DNA of 64,000 bases from a virus (Duplodnaviria > Heunggongvirae > Uroviricota > Caudoviricetes). The notes beneath the pieces are model-generated. The model was given only the letters and a program-made list of their open reading frames with translations, was not told the DNA's origin and did no database searches. Both the position numbers and the translations under genes were made by a program. Where the stretch lies: positions 1-64,000 of IMG/VR virus record IMGVR_UViG_2778261223_000007. One strand, 5' to 3'. Of the stretch, positions 49,506-58,174 are shown one piece after another; the first letter of the stretch is position 1; every line of letters begins with the position of its first letter.

Positions 49506-50081
49506 ATGTTAATGGCGAACGATAACGCATATGCAGAAGAAGATCTCATTTTGAGTGACTTCATAGGGAAGCGTGAACGCTGGACCCAAAAGCGAGAGGA
49601 ACTTTACGCCTCATTAGTTCGCAAAGGCGTCAATATCGAAACCGCACAGAGCGGCGATATGACAGTGGTAAGCGTTGGATTGCACGGTGTAAGCGTGTCA
49701 GCAATCAATCATGAGCCATACGTTGCGTTATCCGAGTCAATGGTAAGGTTAGTTAAGTTCCTGAAGTACACAGAAGCGAATAATGTAATCATTGGCAAAA
49801 AGAATATCCCTTTTTCCTCGGCTTTTTACTGGATGATGAAAGGGCTTGATGCCCGGCGGACATCATGGCCTAAAGGGAGCTATATATCGATGTTCCGTGG
49901 CAGCATTGGCAGCAAAGAAAAGCTCTTCGAATTCTTGCCGGAAGAGGCATTCGATATTGTGGAAGGGTGCGATGTGATGGTGATGCCTCGCCTGGTAATG
50001 ATGAATGGTGATTTACAGGCGCAGACAGACTGGTTTGCAACTGGTGTGGATATTATCGCGACTGACTGGGAGGCTTTCTGA
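49506..50081 (+). CDS. hypothetical protein with C-terminal DUF2829-like region
   Basis: 191 aa; ..PFSSAFYWMMKGLDARRTSWPKGSYISMF.. resembles the DUF2829 signature; weaker than ORF 57728. Confidence 0.35.
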   Translation: MLMANDNAYAEEDLILSDFIGKRERWTQKREELYASLVRKGVNIETAQSGDMTVVSVGLHGVSVSAINHEPYVALSESMVRLVKFLKYTEANNVIIGKKNIPFSSAFYWMMKGLDARRTSWPKGSYISMFRGSIGSKEKLFEFLPEEAFDIVEGCDVMVMPRLVMMNGDLQAQTDWFATGVDIIATDWEAF

Positions 50082-50473
50082 TGTACGGGACTACCAAATT
50101 AAGCACTCAACAGGCCACCAATATTGAGTGGTCTATCGCTAACTGTAAGATCGTGTCATGCAATGCCACGCGTACTGATGTGGGCCATAAAAGCACTATA
50201 ACAGGCTATCTAGTAATGACCACCAGGGGGATGAGGGTTAGATTTCGTTGGAAAGCAGAGCAAGTAACGCCATTCAGAGAGCCATCAATGCCGCTGCAGG
50301 TTGAGCAGGATTATCTATGTTTACCAGAAATAGATGGCGGAATGCTGGTGGAGTCTGATGGTAGTAAGGCTGATTTTGAAGCCAATTTGAAGCTGGCACA
50401 GGCCGTAATCAATAGTTATCGCGGACAGTGGATCGCAAAAGTGAAACATGTTGTTCGTTTGTCTCGCTGGTAG
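50081..50473 (+). CDS. hypothetical protein (130 aa)
   Basis: ATGA-coupled to upstream ORF. Confidence 0.35.
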   Translation: MYGTTKLSTQQATNIEWSIANCKIVSCNATRTDVGHKSTITGYLVMTTRGMRVRFRWKAEQVTPFREPSMPLQVEQDYLCLPEIDGGMLVESDGSKADFEANLKLAQAVINSYRGQWIAKVKHVVRLSRW

Positions 50474-50491
50474 TATTAGATATTTGGTATT

Positions 50492-50506
50492 AATTTTCTA
50501 ATACAA
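50492..50506 (+). promoter_or_regulatory. operator-like motif (variant)
   Basis: TTAATTTTCTAATACA upstream of the gene preceding pacA. Confidence 0.35.
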
Positions 50507-50581
50507 TCATCTTTTTGCCAGTCTATACAGTTTTAACATTCTCATTATCATCCCCTCGGTCATTTCCTGCCCGGGGGATTA

Positions 50582-50974
50582 ATGGAACAAATCAGCAGCG
50601 CAGAAATTGCGGATATCATGATCAGGGCTGACTGCTATCTGACAGTCACTGAAATTACCACTCTCGCCAAAGAAAAATACCCTCATCTCCATGTTTCACG
50701 AGTAAGTGTAACTAACATCATTCGTCATTTTGTTCGTTCAAGCAGGGCAATCTGTGAGCTTGATGATCGTGTGTATCCACGAAAATACTGGTTGCATGGC
50801 CTGAACGGATATCAGTTCAAGGTGCGTGGGCGAACCCCGGAATACGGCAGTTTACTGGTTAAAAACTGTAGCAGGAAATCAGTCGAACAGGCGCGAAAAG
50901 AGCAACGAGAGCTGGTGGACATGGCGAATAAGCTGTGGAATGCCGCCGTTAAAAAGCGTGGTGTTGCTTTATGA
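50582..50974 (+). CDS. hypothetical protein in lpa-like position (possible late regulator)
   Basis: 130-aa basic protein immediately upstream of and overlapping pacA-like gene; positional inference only. Confidence 0.3.
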   Translation: MEQISSAEIADIMIRADCYLTVTEITTLAKEKYPHLHVSRVSVTNIIRHFVRSSRAICELDDRVYPRKYWLHGLNGYQFKVRGRTPEYGSLLVKNCSRKSVEQARKEQRELVDMANKLWNAAVKKRGVAL

Positions 50975-52335
50975 GTCTGGTTAATTGGGAGGAGCACCGC
51001 GCCCGCTTTATGGCGTTGCGTGAAGAAAAAGGGATCACTGTAAAGGAATACTGTGAGGAGCATGGCCTTAGCTTCAATACAGCCAGAAAGCATCTCAATA
51101 TGAAAAAAAATGAGGTGCGGTCGCAGGTAAAGACAACAAAAAAAAGCACCAAATCACCTGAAAAAAAACGGGCGGGAAGAGCAACAAAAAAGCTGGAAGA
51201 GGGTGCAGAAAAAACAAAATTTACAGAAATTGACAATTCGCAGGGCGCAGGTTCTTTCCGAAGTATGCCGAGAAAGAAAACTTCGGATCATGAAAATAAT
51301 TCAAATAATAACAATGAGATAAAAGAATCCGTCAGGAGATCATTGCGCGAAAAAATGGCGAAAATGATCCCCGAAGAAGATAAAAGCGCCCCAAAAATTG
51401 AGGGATCTTCTGCAATGATCCCTGACGGTGCTGTGCAGCGTGCCACATTGCCAACTACGAATGTGGCTCGCGATATGATGAAGAACGGCGCAGAAGAACA
51501 CCTGCGGTTAGCAATTCAAATGGCGCAAGAGCGCGCACTTCAGTATCAAAGCATTGTTGATCAGGAGGCCGAACGTCTACAGGCGGAAATAGACGCCTTG
51601 GGCGATAAAGAGCCAGAAGGAATGCACCCTGGGCAGCGCCTTCTCGGTCTAATCAGTGACGCGGCCTACTACATGAATGATTTTATCAGTAGGTTGGCAG
51701 CTATATATCAGTCCGAACAAAAGCTGCGACAGGGGGATGAAAAGCTTCGTCAGAGCGCTCGCCAGCAAGCATTCAAAGAGGCTGAGGCCAGAGAAAAACT
51801 CGAATTAGCACGCCTACAGGCCGAACAGCGTGGCAAAGAGATTGAATATCGCATTGGCGCTGACGCACGCGCAGCCAGAGTTATCGCCGCCGCTATACGT
51901 ATGCGTGAGCGCGAGGAACTGGATGATATCGGTGTTGCTGAATACATCGAGCGCCAGGGTGTCAGCGTCCCGGCTATCCTCGCGGCGCGCGCGGCGAAAG
52001 CTATCACTCTTCTCGAACCACCTGTTTCTGACGTCAATGATGTTGATGATGAACAGCTGGACAAAGAGGCAAGGGAGTTTGCAACGCTTCAGGCTAACCA
52101 TCCGCAATGGCTGGCAGAGCGCCGGGCGGATGTGGCAACCATTGTTGAAGAATTGGGGTGCGGAGATTACGACCGCAATGGCGAGCGTAAAGCAGGAGAA
52201 TTCGAGGCCAACGACGAAGAGCTGGATATTGACCCTTCGGCAACGGCTGAAATTTACGGTGATTATGATGCATCTGATGCAGGGTATGACGCCGGAGATG
52301 ATGATATCGCGATAGAACCGCCGGAGGATGATTAA
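50971..52335 (+). CDS. terminase small subunit candidate (PacA-like)
   Basis: 454 aa; N-terminal HTH-like region, Lys-rich linker, acidic C-terminus; contains a GATC cluster (51286-51420); overlaps the large-subunit gene start. Confidence 0.5.
   Translation: MSLVNWEEHRARFMALREEKGITVKEYCEEHGLSFNTARKHLNMKKNEVRSQVKTTKKSTKSPEKKRAGRATKKLEEGAEKTKFTEIDNSQGAGSFRSMPRKKTSDHENNSNNNNEIKESVRRSLREKMAKMIPEEDKSAPKIEGSSAMIPDGAVQRATLPTTNVARDMMKNGAEEHLRLAIQMAQERALQYQSIVDQEAERLQAEIDALGDKEPEGMHPGQRLLGLISDAAYYMNDFISRLAAIYQSEQKLRQGDEKLRQSARQQAFKEAEAREKLELARLQAEQRGKEIEYRIGADARAARVIAAAIRMREREELDDIGVAEYIERQGVSVPAILAARAAKAITLLEPPVSDVNDVDDEQLDKEAREFATLQANHPQWLAERRADVATIVEELGCGDYDRNGERKAGEFEANDEELDIDPSATAEIYGDYDASDAGYDAGDDDIAIEPPEDD
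51286..51420 (+). other. candidate pac site (GATC / TGATC(A/C) cluster)
   Basis: Five GATC within 135 bp (51286, 51338, 51366, 51404, 51417), several as (T/G)GATC(A/C), inside the small-terminase gene. Confidence 0.4.
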
Positions 52336-53843
52336 TGGCTGGAGGGCGCAAGATTAAATGCGTCACCAGCGATCCACGCTGGCGCGATATGGTAATCAAA
52401 TACCGCTACAACTTTACCCAAGCTGTTGTCGATATTTTTGGGATGTTCCCCTCCCACCAGCAGCAGCAGATCATTCAGTCCGTGCAGGAAACGGGGAGTA
52501 GGACGACCGTCACGTCCGGACACGGAACGGGGAAGTCGTCCCTTACCGCGATGTTGCTGTTGATTTTCATGATCCTGTTCCCCGATGCCCGTGTCATCAT
52601 TGTTGCTAACAAGATAGGCCAGGTAAAAACAGGCGTATTCAAATACGTTAAACAGTATTGGGCGAATGCAGTTAAGCGTCATGGGTGGTTGCAGACCTAT
52701 TTTGTCCTCTCTGACACCATGTTTTATGAGCGCTCCCGTAAGGGGATTTGGGAAGTTCTCTGCAAAGGTTATCGACTCGGCAACGAAGAAGCGCTGGCGG
52801 GGGAACACGCGGCACATTTGCTTCTAATTCTGGATGAAGCATCTGGTATATCTGATAAGGCGATCGGCGTAATGACCGGTGCTCTTACTGAAGAAGATAA
52901 CCGGATGTTGATGCTATCCCAGCCAACAAGGCCAAGTGGTTATTTCTACGATTCGCACCATTCTCAAGCAAAAACCCCAGACAACCCGAAAGGGATCTGG
53001 ACAGCAATTGTTCTTAACTCGGAAGAATCACCGTTCGTCACACCACAATTCATCAAGCAGAAGCTTCTGGAATATGGCGGGCGCGATTCTATTGAGTACA
53101 TGGTCAAGGTGCTTGGTCAGTTCCCACGAGAAATTAACGGCTATTTGCTTGGTCGTGATGAATGCGATCGCGCTGCTCGCCGCAAGGTGTTGTTGGAGAA
53201 AAACTGGGGATGGGTGGCAACGGCTGACGTTGGTAATGGGCGAGATAAGTCGGTCCTCAACATCTGCAAGGTATCAGGTCACAGGGATAAGCGGCGCGTT
53301 GTTAACTTTAAGGTAATGGAGATGCCTGGCACTATGGACCCATTGGCCTTTGCTGACTTCATATATAACGAATGTACGCCGGAAAAATACCCGAATATAA
53401 CAATCGCGGTTGATGCTGATGGTTTTGGTTCTGATACGTGTGCGCAGTTGGTGCGTCGTGGTGCGAACCCGGTACGTATTCGGTGGGGAAAACCCATGTT
53501 TGCGAACAAAGACAGGGAGCGATTTGTTAATCAGCGTGCCTACGCAAATATTATGGCGCGTGATGCCATAAAGTCAGGGCGTATGCGGATAGACAGTGAC
53601 CCTAAAACGGCAGAGCAAGCGTCAAAAATCCCCTTTTTACTGAATGAAGAAGGGAAAATGGCGATGATGCGCAAAGAGCACATGCGGCAAAAGCTAAACA
53701 TCAAATCGCCTGACCGATGGGATACCTACTGCTTCACTATGCTGGTGGACTATGTGCCTGCTAATGAAGATATTGGTGCCGAAATGGCAACTTTCCGAGA
53801 TCAGGTTCTGGCGGATATCGAAATGCCGGATCTGGATATATAA
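52335..53843 (+). CDS. terminase large subunit (PacB-like)
   Basis: 502 aa; Walker A VTSGHGTGKSS and Walker B LLLILDEASG; C-terminal nuclease-like region. Confidence 0.6.
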   Translation: MAGGRKIKCVTSDPRWRDMVIKYRYNFTQAVVDIFGMFPSHQQQQIIQSVQETGSRTTVTSGHGTGKSSLTAMLLLIFMILFPDARVIIVANKIGQVKTGVFKYVKQYWANAVKRHGWLQTYFVLSDTMFYERSRKGIWEVLCKGYRLGNEEALAGEHAAHLLLILDEASGISDKAIGVMTGALTEEDNRMLMLSQPTRPSGYFYDSHHSQAKTPDNPKGIWTAIVLNSEESPFVTPQFIKQKLLEYGGRDSIEYMVKVLGQFPREINGYLLGRDECDRAARRKVLLEKNWGWVATADVGNGRDKSVLNICKVSGHRDKRRVVNFKVMEMPGTMDPLAFADFIYNECTPEKYPNITIAVDADGFGSDTCAQLVRRGANPVRIRWGKPMFANKDRERFVNQRAYANIMARDAIKSGRMRIDSDPKTAEQASKIPFLLNEEGKMAMMRKEHMRQKLNIKSPDRWDTYCFTMLVDYVPANEDIGAEMATFRDQVLADIEMPDLDI

Positions 53844-53844
53844 A

Positions 53845-53861
53845 GCCCCGCGATGCGGGGC
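53845..53861. terminator. hairpin between convergent genes (putative terminator)
   Basis: GCCCCGCGATGCGGGGC perfect hairpin between convergent genes; weak T-run. Confidence 0.35.
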
Positions 53862-53870
53862 CGGTTGTGA

Positions 53871-54908
53871 TTACCAGAGCTTCGCGGCGTACTGCGTTTG
53901 GGGGAATGTGTATCCGTAACGTTCTTCGATTGCTTTGCCGTATTTTTTACGAGCTTCATTCAGTTTAATGCCGGTCAGGTCGTCTCCAGAGGCCATCATT
54001 ACGTCTAACAATTCCAGATCCATTTTATCCAGCCTTGCCATTGCTTCACGTGATGTACGTATCTTACGCTCAATGATATGGCGAATAGCCGGATCGGCAT
54101 CCTCCAGCATCTTAGCGGATTTCTGCTTAAGGCTTTCATTGCGAATATCGATGTTCCTTAAGATGTACGACTTCGCAACGTAGCTTGGCTGGTGTTTTTC
54201 CAGGTCACGAACACGATATAAGTTAAAATCGCCGAGAAGGCTGCAAGGTACCGATTCGACGCCAGAATAAATTGTAATGCTCCGGCGTTCACCAACATTA
54301 TTGACAACGGGGATCGTTGTCTTCGGTTGTCTTGCGAAAACCAATGCGCCATGTGCGCCAACTCTAAAGCGAGAAAGGGCATTGCTGCCTTCGATGTTTG
54401 TTGTCAGCACAACATCTGTATATGCCTCTTTACGCGCCCGGTAGATCTCGCCTTCAGGCTCAGCTTCAAAGAAGCGCTGTTCTTCTTCAAGAGCACCTAC
54501 GATTTGAGAAAAAACCCTATTTTTCAGGCTTTTCTTTATGATTTTGTCGTATTTTTTTAGCAATTGTTCACGTGTAAATGTACGTGTTGTTGTAGCGCTT
54601 TGCACAACGACATGCGTGCTTTGATTGGTGTCCTCAATGATGAATGGGATCGGAGAATATACAGACTCAACAATGTTCGACGCTTTGCCGTCGGCATCGC
54701 GGCACATGTCAACGAAGGCTTTCCATTCAGCAAGACATTTTTCAGCTTCTTCTAATATGTTTTGGTCATGCGTTAATGCAACATGGCGGAATTCCTCGCC
54801 AGCATAACTGGTATCATGGAAAACAGAGTTTGCGACCACCAGCTCTTTCCACCGTTCAGCGGTTTGCAGGAACCGTTTGTACTCTTTCTCGATCGACTTC
54901 TTACTCAT
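53871..54908 (-). CDS. hypothetical protein at the c1-like position (candidate regulator)
   Basis: 345-aa ORF between terminase genes and the lox-like site, with an operator-like motif 15 bp upstream of its start; function not supported by any motif. Confidence 0.35.
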   Translation of the reverse strand: MSKKSIEKEYKRFLQTAERWKELVVANSVFHDTSYAGEEFRHVALTHDQNILEEAEKCLAEWKAFVDMCRDADGKASNIVESVYSPIPFIIEDTNQSTHVVVQSATTTRTFTREQLLKKYDKIIKKSLKNRVFSQIVGALEEEQRFFEAEPEGEIYRARKEAYTDVVLTTNIEGSNALSRFRVGAHGALVFARQPKTTIPVVNNVGERRSITIYSGVESVPCSLLGDFNLYRVRDLEKHQPSYVAKSYILRNIDIRNESLKQKSAKMLEDADPAIRHIIERKIRTSREAMARLDKMDLELLDVMMASGDDLTGIKLNEARKKYGKAIEERYGYTFPQTQYAAKLW

Positions 54909-54922
54909 TATTCCTACTCGAT

Positions 54923-54937
54923 TTAGTTTTCTAACAT
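54923..54937 (+). promoter_or_regulatory. operator-like motif
   Basis: TTTAGTTTTCTAACATA in the promoter region of the minus-strand gene starting at 54908. Confidence 0.45.
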
Positions 54938-55117
54938 AAAATTACTATGACAAATTTATGTCGAATAACAGAGTGAGTAAAGGATCGAACTGTGATTTTT
55001 TGTCATCAATTTTAGAAAACCAACCGTAGAAACCACACTTCGCTAATTAAAGACCATGAAGGCAACGTGTTACTGGTCATCATCAATCTATGATGGATTA
55101 AAAAAAATCGGCATTTT

Positions 55118-55151
55118 ATAACTTTAAATAATTGGCATTATTTAAAGTTAG
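55118..55151 (+). promoter_or_regulatory. lox-family recombination site (rox-like): 13/14-bp inverted arms around a short spacer
   Basis: ATAACTTTAAATA-ATTGGCAT-TATTTAAAGTTAG; core TAACTTTAAATAAT-TGGC-ATTATTTAAAGTTA equals the rox site of phage D6 Dre (reverse orientation) as recalled; 150 bp upstream of the Cre-like gene. Confidence 0.8.
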
Positions 55152-55302
55152 GCTATAATCATGTGTAGATGAACAGTATTGACATCACTGAAAATACGTG
55201 CATCCAATCAAAGGCTTGTATTTTGAAAATTAACTTATAGCTACCCTGTCATTTTTATATTTTTCGCGTAGCTTCATCTGTATATAGAGGTGAAATGGTT
55301 TC

Positions 55303-56331
55303 ATGAGTGAATTAATTATCTCTGGCAGTTCCGGTGGTTTTCTGCGCAACATTGGCAAAGAGTACCAGGAAGCCGCAGAAAACTTTATGCGGTTCATGAA
55401 TGATCAGGGTGCTTATGCGCCGAATACTCTGCGCGACCTCCGGTTGGTGTTTCATTCCTGGGCGCGCTGGTGTCACGCTCGCCAGCTTGCCTGGTTTCCG
55501 ATCTCACCAGAAATGGCCCGCGAGTATTTTCTTCAGTTGCATGATGCCGATCTGGCTTCGACCACCATTGATAAGCACTACGCCATGCTTAACATGCTGC
55601 TTTCTCATTGTGGCCTTCCGCCACTTTCGGATGATAAAAGTGTTTCTCTGGCTATGCGGCGTATCCGGCGCGAAGCGGCAACGGAAAAAGGCGAACGAAC
55701 AGGCCAGGCTATACCGCTGCGATGGGACGACCTGAAACTGCTCGACGTCCTGTTGTCCAGGTCAGAACGGCTGGTGGACCTGCGCAACCGGGCTTTTCTC
55801 TTTGTTGCATACAATACGCTGATGCGTATGTCGGAAATCTCGCGTATTCGTGTAGGAGATCTGGACCAAACAGGTGACACTGTCACGCTACATATTTCAC
55901 ACACGAAGACAATAACGACCGCCGCCGGGCTTGATAAGGTGCTTTCCCGTCGCACTACTGCTGTGCTGAATGACTGGCTGGATGTTTCCGGGCTTCGTGA
56001 ACATCCTGACGCGGTGCTGTTCCCGCCGATACACCGTAGCAATAAGGCCAGGATTACGACAACGCCCCTTACTGCACCTGCAATGGAGAAAATATTCAGC
56101 GACGCCTGGGTGTTGCTGAATAAAAGGGATGCCACGCCAAACAAAGGGAGATACCGGACGTGGACCGGGCATAGTGCTCGTGTCGGGGCCGCTATCGATA
56201 TGGCTGAAAAGCAGGTGTCTATGGTGGAGATTATGCAGGAAGGAACCTGGAAGAAACCGGAAACACTTATGCGGTATCTGCGCCGTGGCGGTGTGTCTGT
56301 GGGGGCTAATAGCCGCTTGATGGATTCATAA
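55303..56331 (+). CDS. dre: Cre-family tyrosine recombinase (Dre-like)
   Basis: 342 aa; aligns along its length with P1 Cre from memory at roughly 40-45% identity (..VSLAMRRIRRE.., ..LRNRAFLFVAYNTLMRMSEISRIRV.., ..WTGHSARVGAAIDMA.., ..WKKPETLMRYLRRG with catalytic Tyr). Confidence 0.85.
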   Translation: MSELIISGSSGGFLRNIGKEYQEAAENFMRFMNDQGAYAPNTLRDLRLVFHSWARWCHARQLAWFPISPEMAREYFLQLHDADLASTTIDKHYAMLNMLLSHCGLPPLSDDKSVSLAMRRIRREAATEKGERTGQAIPLRWDDLKLLDVLLSRSERLVDLRNRAFLFVAYNTLMRMSEISRIRVGDLDQTGDTVTLHISHTKTITTAAGLDKVLSRRTTAVLNDWLDVSGLREHPDAVLFPPIHRSNKARITTTPLTAPAMEKIFSDAWVLLNKRDATPNKGRYRTWTGHSARVGAAIDMAEKQVSMVEIMQEGTWKKPETLMRYLRRGGVSVGANSRLMDS

Positions 56332-56332
56332 A

Positions 56333-56348
56333 TTAAATTTCTAACACA
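56333..56348 (+). promoter_or_regulatory. operator-like motif
   Basis: TTAAATTTCTAACACA two bp after the recombinase stop codon. Confidence 0.45.
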
Positions 56349-56392
56349 TCTTTTTAGATTGATATCTTTGCTGTAAAGTACCCTCGCCTATT

Positions 56393-56749
56393 TTGGAGGG
56401 TGCTTTGCAGAGTCAAATCACGGAATCAAGACGCTTCACGGTGGATGGTTACACCGTAACCTTCGCCGCTGGTGTTAAGAACAGTCATGCTGTCGTTGTA
56501 TTCGGCATCATGACCGGGCTTGAGGCCGTCCCTGTGTTTACCCTCGAAAAAAACTGGCGAAATCTGGAGGAAGCAGAAAGCTACGTCCGGAAAGTAACCA
56601 TCATTGCCGCCGAAAAACTCCTGGCCCACTATCAGGAAAATTATCGCACTATGGTCGAGAAGATTAATCTCGCTTTCACTCGCCCCACTACCGGCTTTAT
56701 TGCACCGGATACTAATGCAGGTCGATATCCGGCAAGGGGGCGTCGGTGA
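56393..56749 (+). CDS. hypothetical protein (118 aa; start uncertain)
   Basis: ORF only. Confidence 0.3.
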   Translation: MEGALQSQITESRRFTVDGYTVTFAAGVKNSHAVVVFGIMTGLEAVPVFTLEKNWRNLEEAESYVRKVTIIAAEKLLAHYQENYRTMVEKINLAFTRPTTGFIAPDTNAGRYPARGRR

Positions 56750-57222
56750 AAACTTATTACCCATCTCTGAATTGTTACCCGTCTTCCTATCCAGGATTGT
56801 CCGGGAAGCTGTTAGCTCTATTAGCTAAAGCACCTACGGAATGGTTTAAGCCAGTCGTTATCAATCCACACTTCCTGGATTACGGATCTGTTCGCACTCG
56901 TAACGAACTCAAAAACCTACTGGCGCATGGATTCATTCGACACCGTGCCGGTAAAGGCTATCAGTTATCGATTGCGCCAGAAGAGGCCGTGCGGCTATTC
57001 GCATATCGTGACAGCCAGACAAAAGCTCGGGTAATAGCTCAAATACTTCATAACGGCAGCACCTATGCCCGCCAGTTTGGCGGCGACACGTCGCAGTTCT
57101 TGCGGGCGGTGCGATCGCTGGAGGAGCAAGGAGTTATTGAAAGTTCCTGTCTTCCTGTTCCAACCGTTCCACATATCAAACGTCGGGTTTACACCTTCAC
57201 GCAGAGAGCTAAAAAACAATGA
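56746..57222 (+). CDS. hypothetical protein with winged-helix-like segments
   Basis: 158 aa; two wHTH-like stretches (..SVRTRNELKNLLAHGFIRHRAGKGYQLS.., ..FLRAVRSLEEQGVIE..). Confidence 0.35.
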   Translation: MKTYYPSLNCYPSSYPGLSGKLLALLAKAPTEWFKPVVINPHFLDYGSVRTRNELKNLLAHGFIRHRAGKGYQLSIAPEEAVRLFAYRDSQTKARVIAQILHNGSTYARQFGGDTSQFLRAVRSLEEQGVIESSCLPVPTVPHIKRRVYTFTQRAKKQ

Positions 57223-57713
57223 TTTACGTAAAAGTGAAACGCCTACATCCGGCAGCAAAACTTCCAGCTTATGCCACCTCCGGATCGGCGGCGATGGATT
57301 TTGAGGCTGTTGAAATAAAACCATGTGTCGATAGCAATGGTGCAATTTCCTCAAGCTGGTGGGTGTACACCGGATTGGCTATGGAGATCCCGCCCGGCTG
57401 GTGTCTGAAACTCTATCCGCGATCCGGATTGGGCTGCAAAAAACATACTCGCCTGGCTAACTGCGTAGGAATTATCGACTCCGATTATCGCGGCGAAATC
57501 ATGGCAAAACTGATTACTGATCCCGGCGGGGAAGGCGTTTGTCTCAAGCCTGGAATGGCTGTCATGCAAGGAATTTTTGAGCGTGTTGAACAAGTCTCAC
57601 TAGTCGAGGTTGAGGAACTCAACGAAACGGAACGTGGTGATGGTGGCTTTGGTAGCACATCGGAAGGCCACTTTGAAATTAAGCGTTCACCGCTTCAGTA
57701 CGAAAAGTTATAA
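57219..57713 (+). CDS. dut: dUTPase
   Basis: 164 aa; conserved dUTPase motifs AMDFEA, YPRSGLG, GIIDSDYRGEIM. Confidence 0.7.
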   Translation: MIYVKVKRLHPAAKLPAYATSGSAAMDFEAVEIKPCVDSNGAISSSWWVYTGLAMEIPPGWCLKLYPRSGLGCKKHTRLANCVGIIDSDYRGEIMAKLITDPGGEGVCLKPGMAVMQGIFERVEQVSLVEVEELNETERGDGGFGSTSEGHFEIKRSPLQYEKL

Positions 57714-57727
57714 GCAGAGAAAAGACT

Positions 57728-58168
57728 ATGAATAACATGGCAACGAAAGAGCTTTTTAAGTTCCTTCCAAAATACAAAGCTCACAAAAAAAATGGAACCA
57801 CGGTCATCATTACGGATGACAACGGCGTGATGATTAATCTTACCGGGAGCGTAACTATTTCTGCTGGTGGCATCACCACCCAGCAAGAAGAAATCGACCT
57901 TGAAGCAGCCGACTTTTCTGACGCGCTGATGTGGCTGAAGGATGGCAAGAAAGTTGCTCGACGCGGGTGGAACGGCGAAAACCAATTCTGCTGGCTGGTT
58001 CCTGAAGGACAGTACCCGGCACGAATGGAAGCCATTAAGGGATATTTCCCCGGCGACCTCGTTCCGTATGGTGCTTATTTCGCCTTAAAAAATGCACAAG
58101 GTGTAGTTGTTCCGTGGGTTCCTTCTGTAGGCGACTTACTGGCATGTGACTGGTTTGTGGTGGAGTGA
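57728..58168 (+). CDS. DUF2829-domain protein (Tad2-like fold family)
   Basis: 146 aa; ..FSDALMWLKDGKKVARRGWNGENQFCWLV.. matches the DUF2829 signature as recalled. Confidence 0.5.
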   Translation: MNNMATKELFKFLPKYKAHKKNGTTVIITDDNGVMINLTGSVTISAGGITTQQEEIDLEAADFSDALMWLKDGKKVARRGWNGENQFCWLVPEGQYPARMEAIKGYFPGDLVPYGAYFALKNAQGVVVPWVPSVGDLLACDWFVVE

Positions 58169-58174
58169 TTTAAC

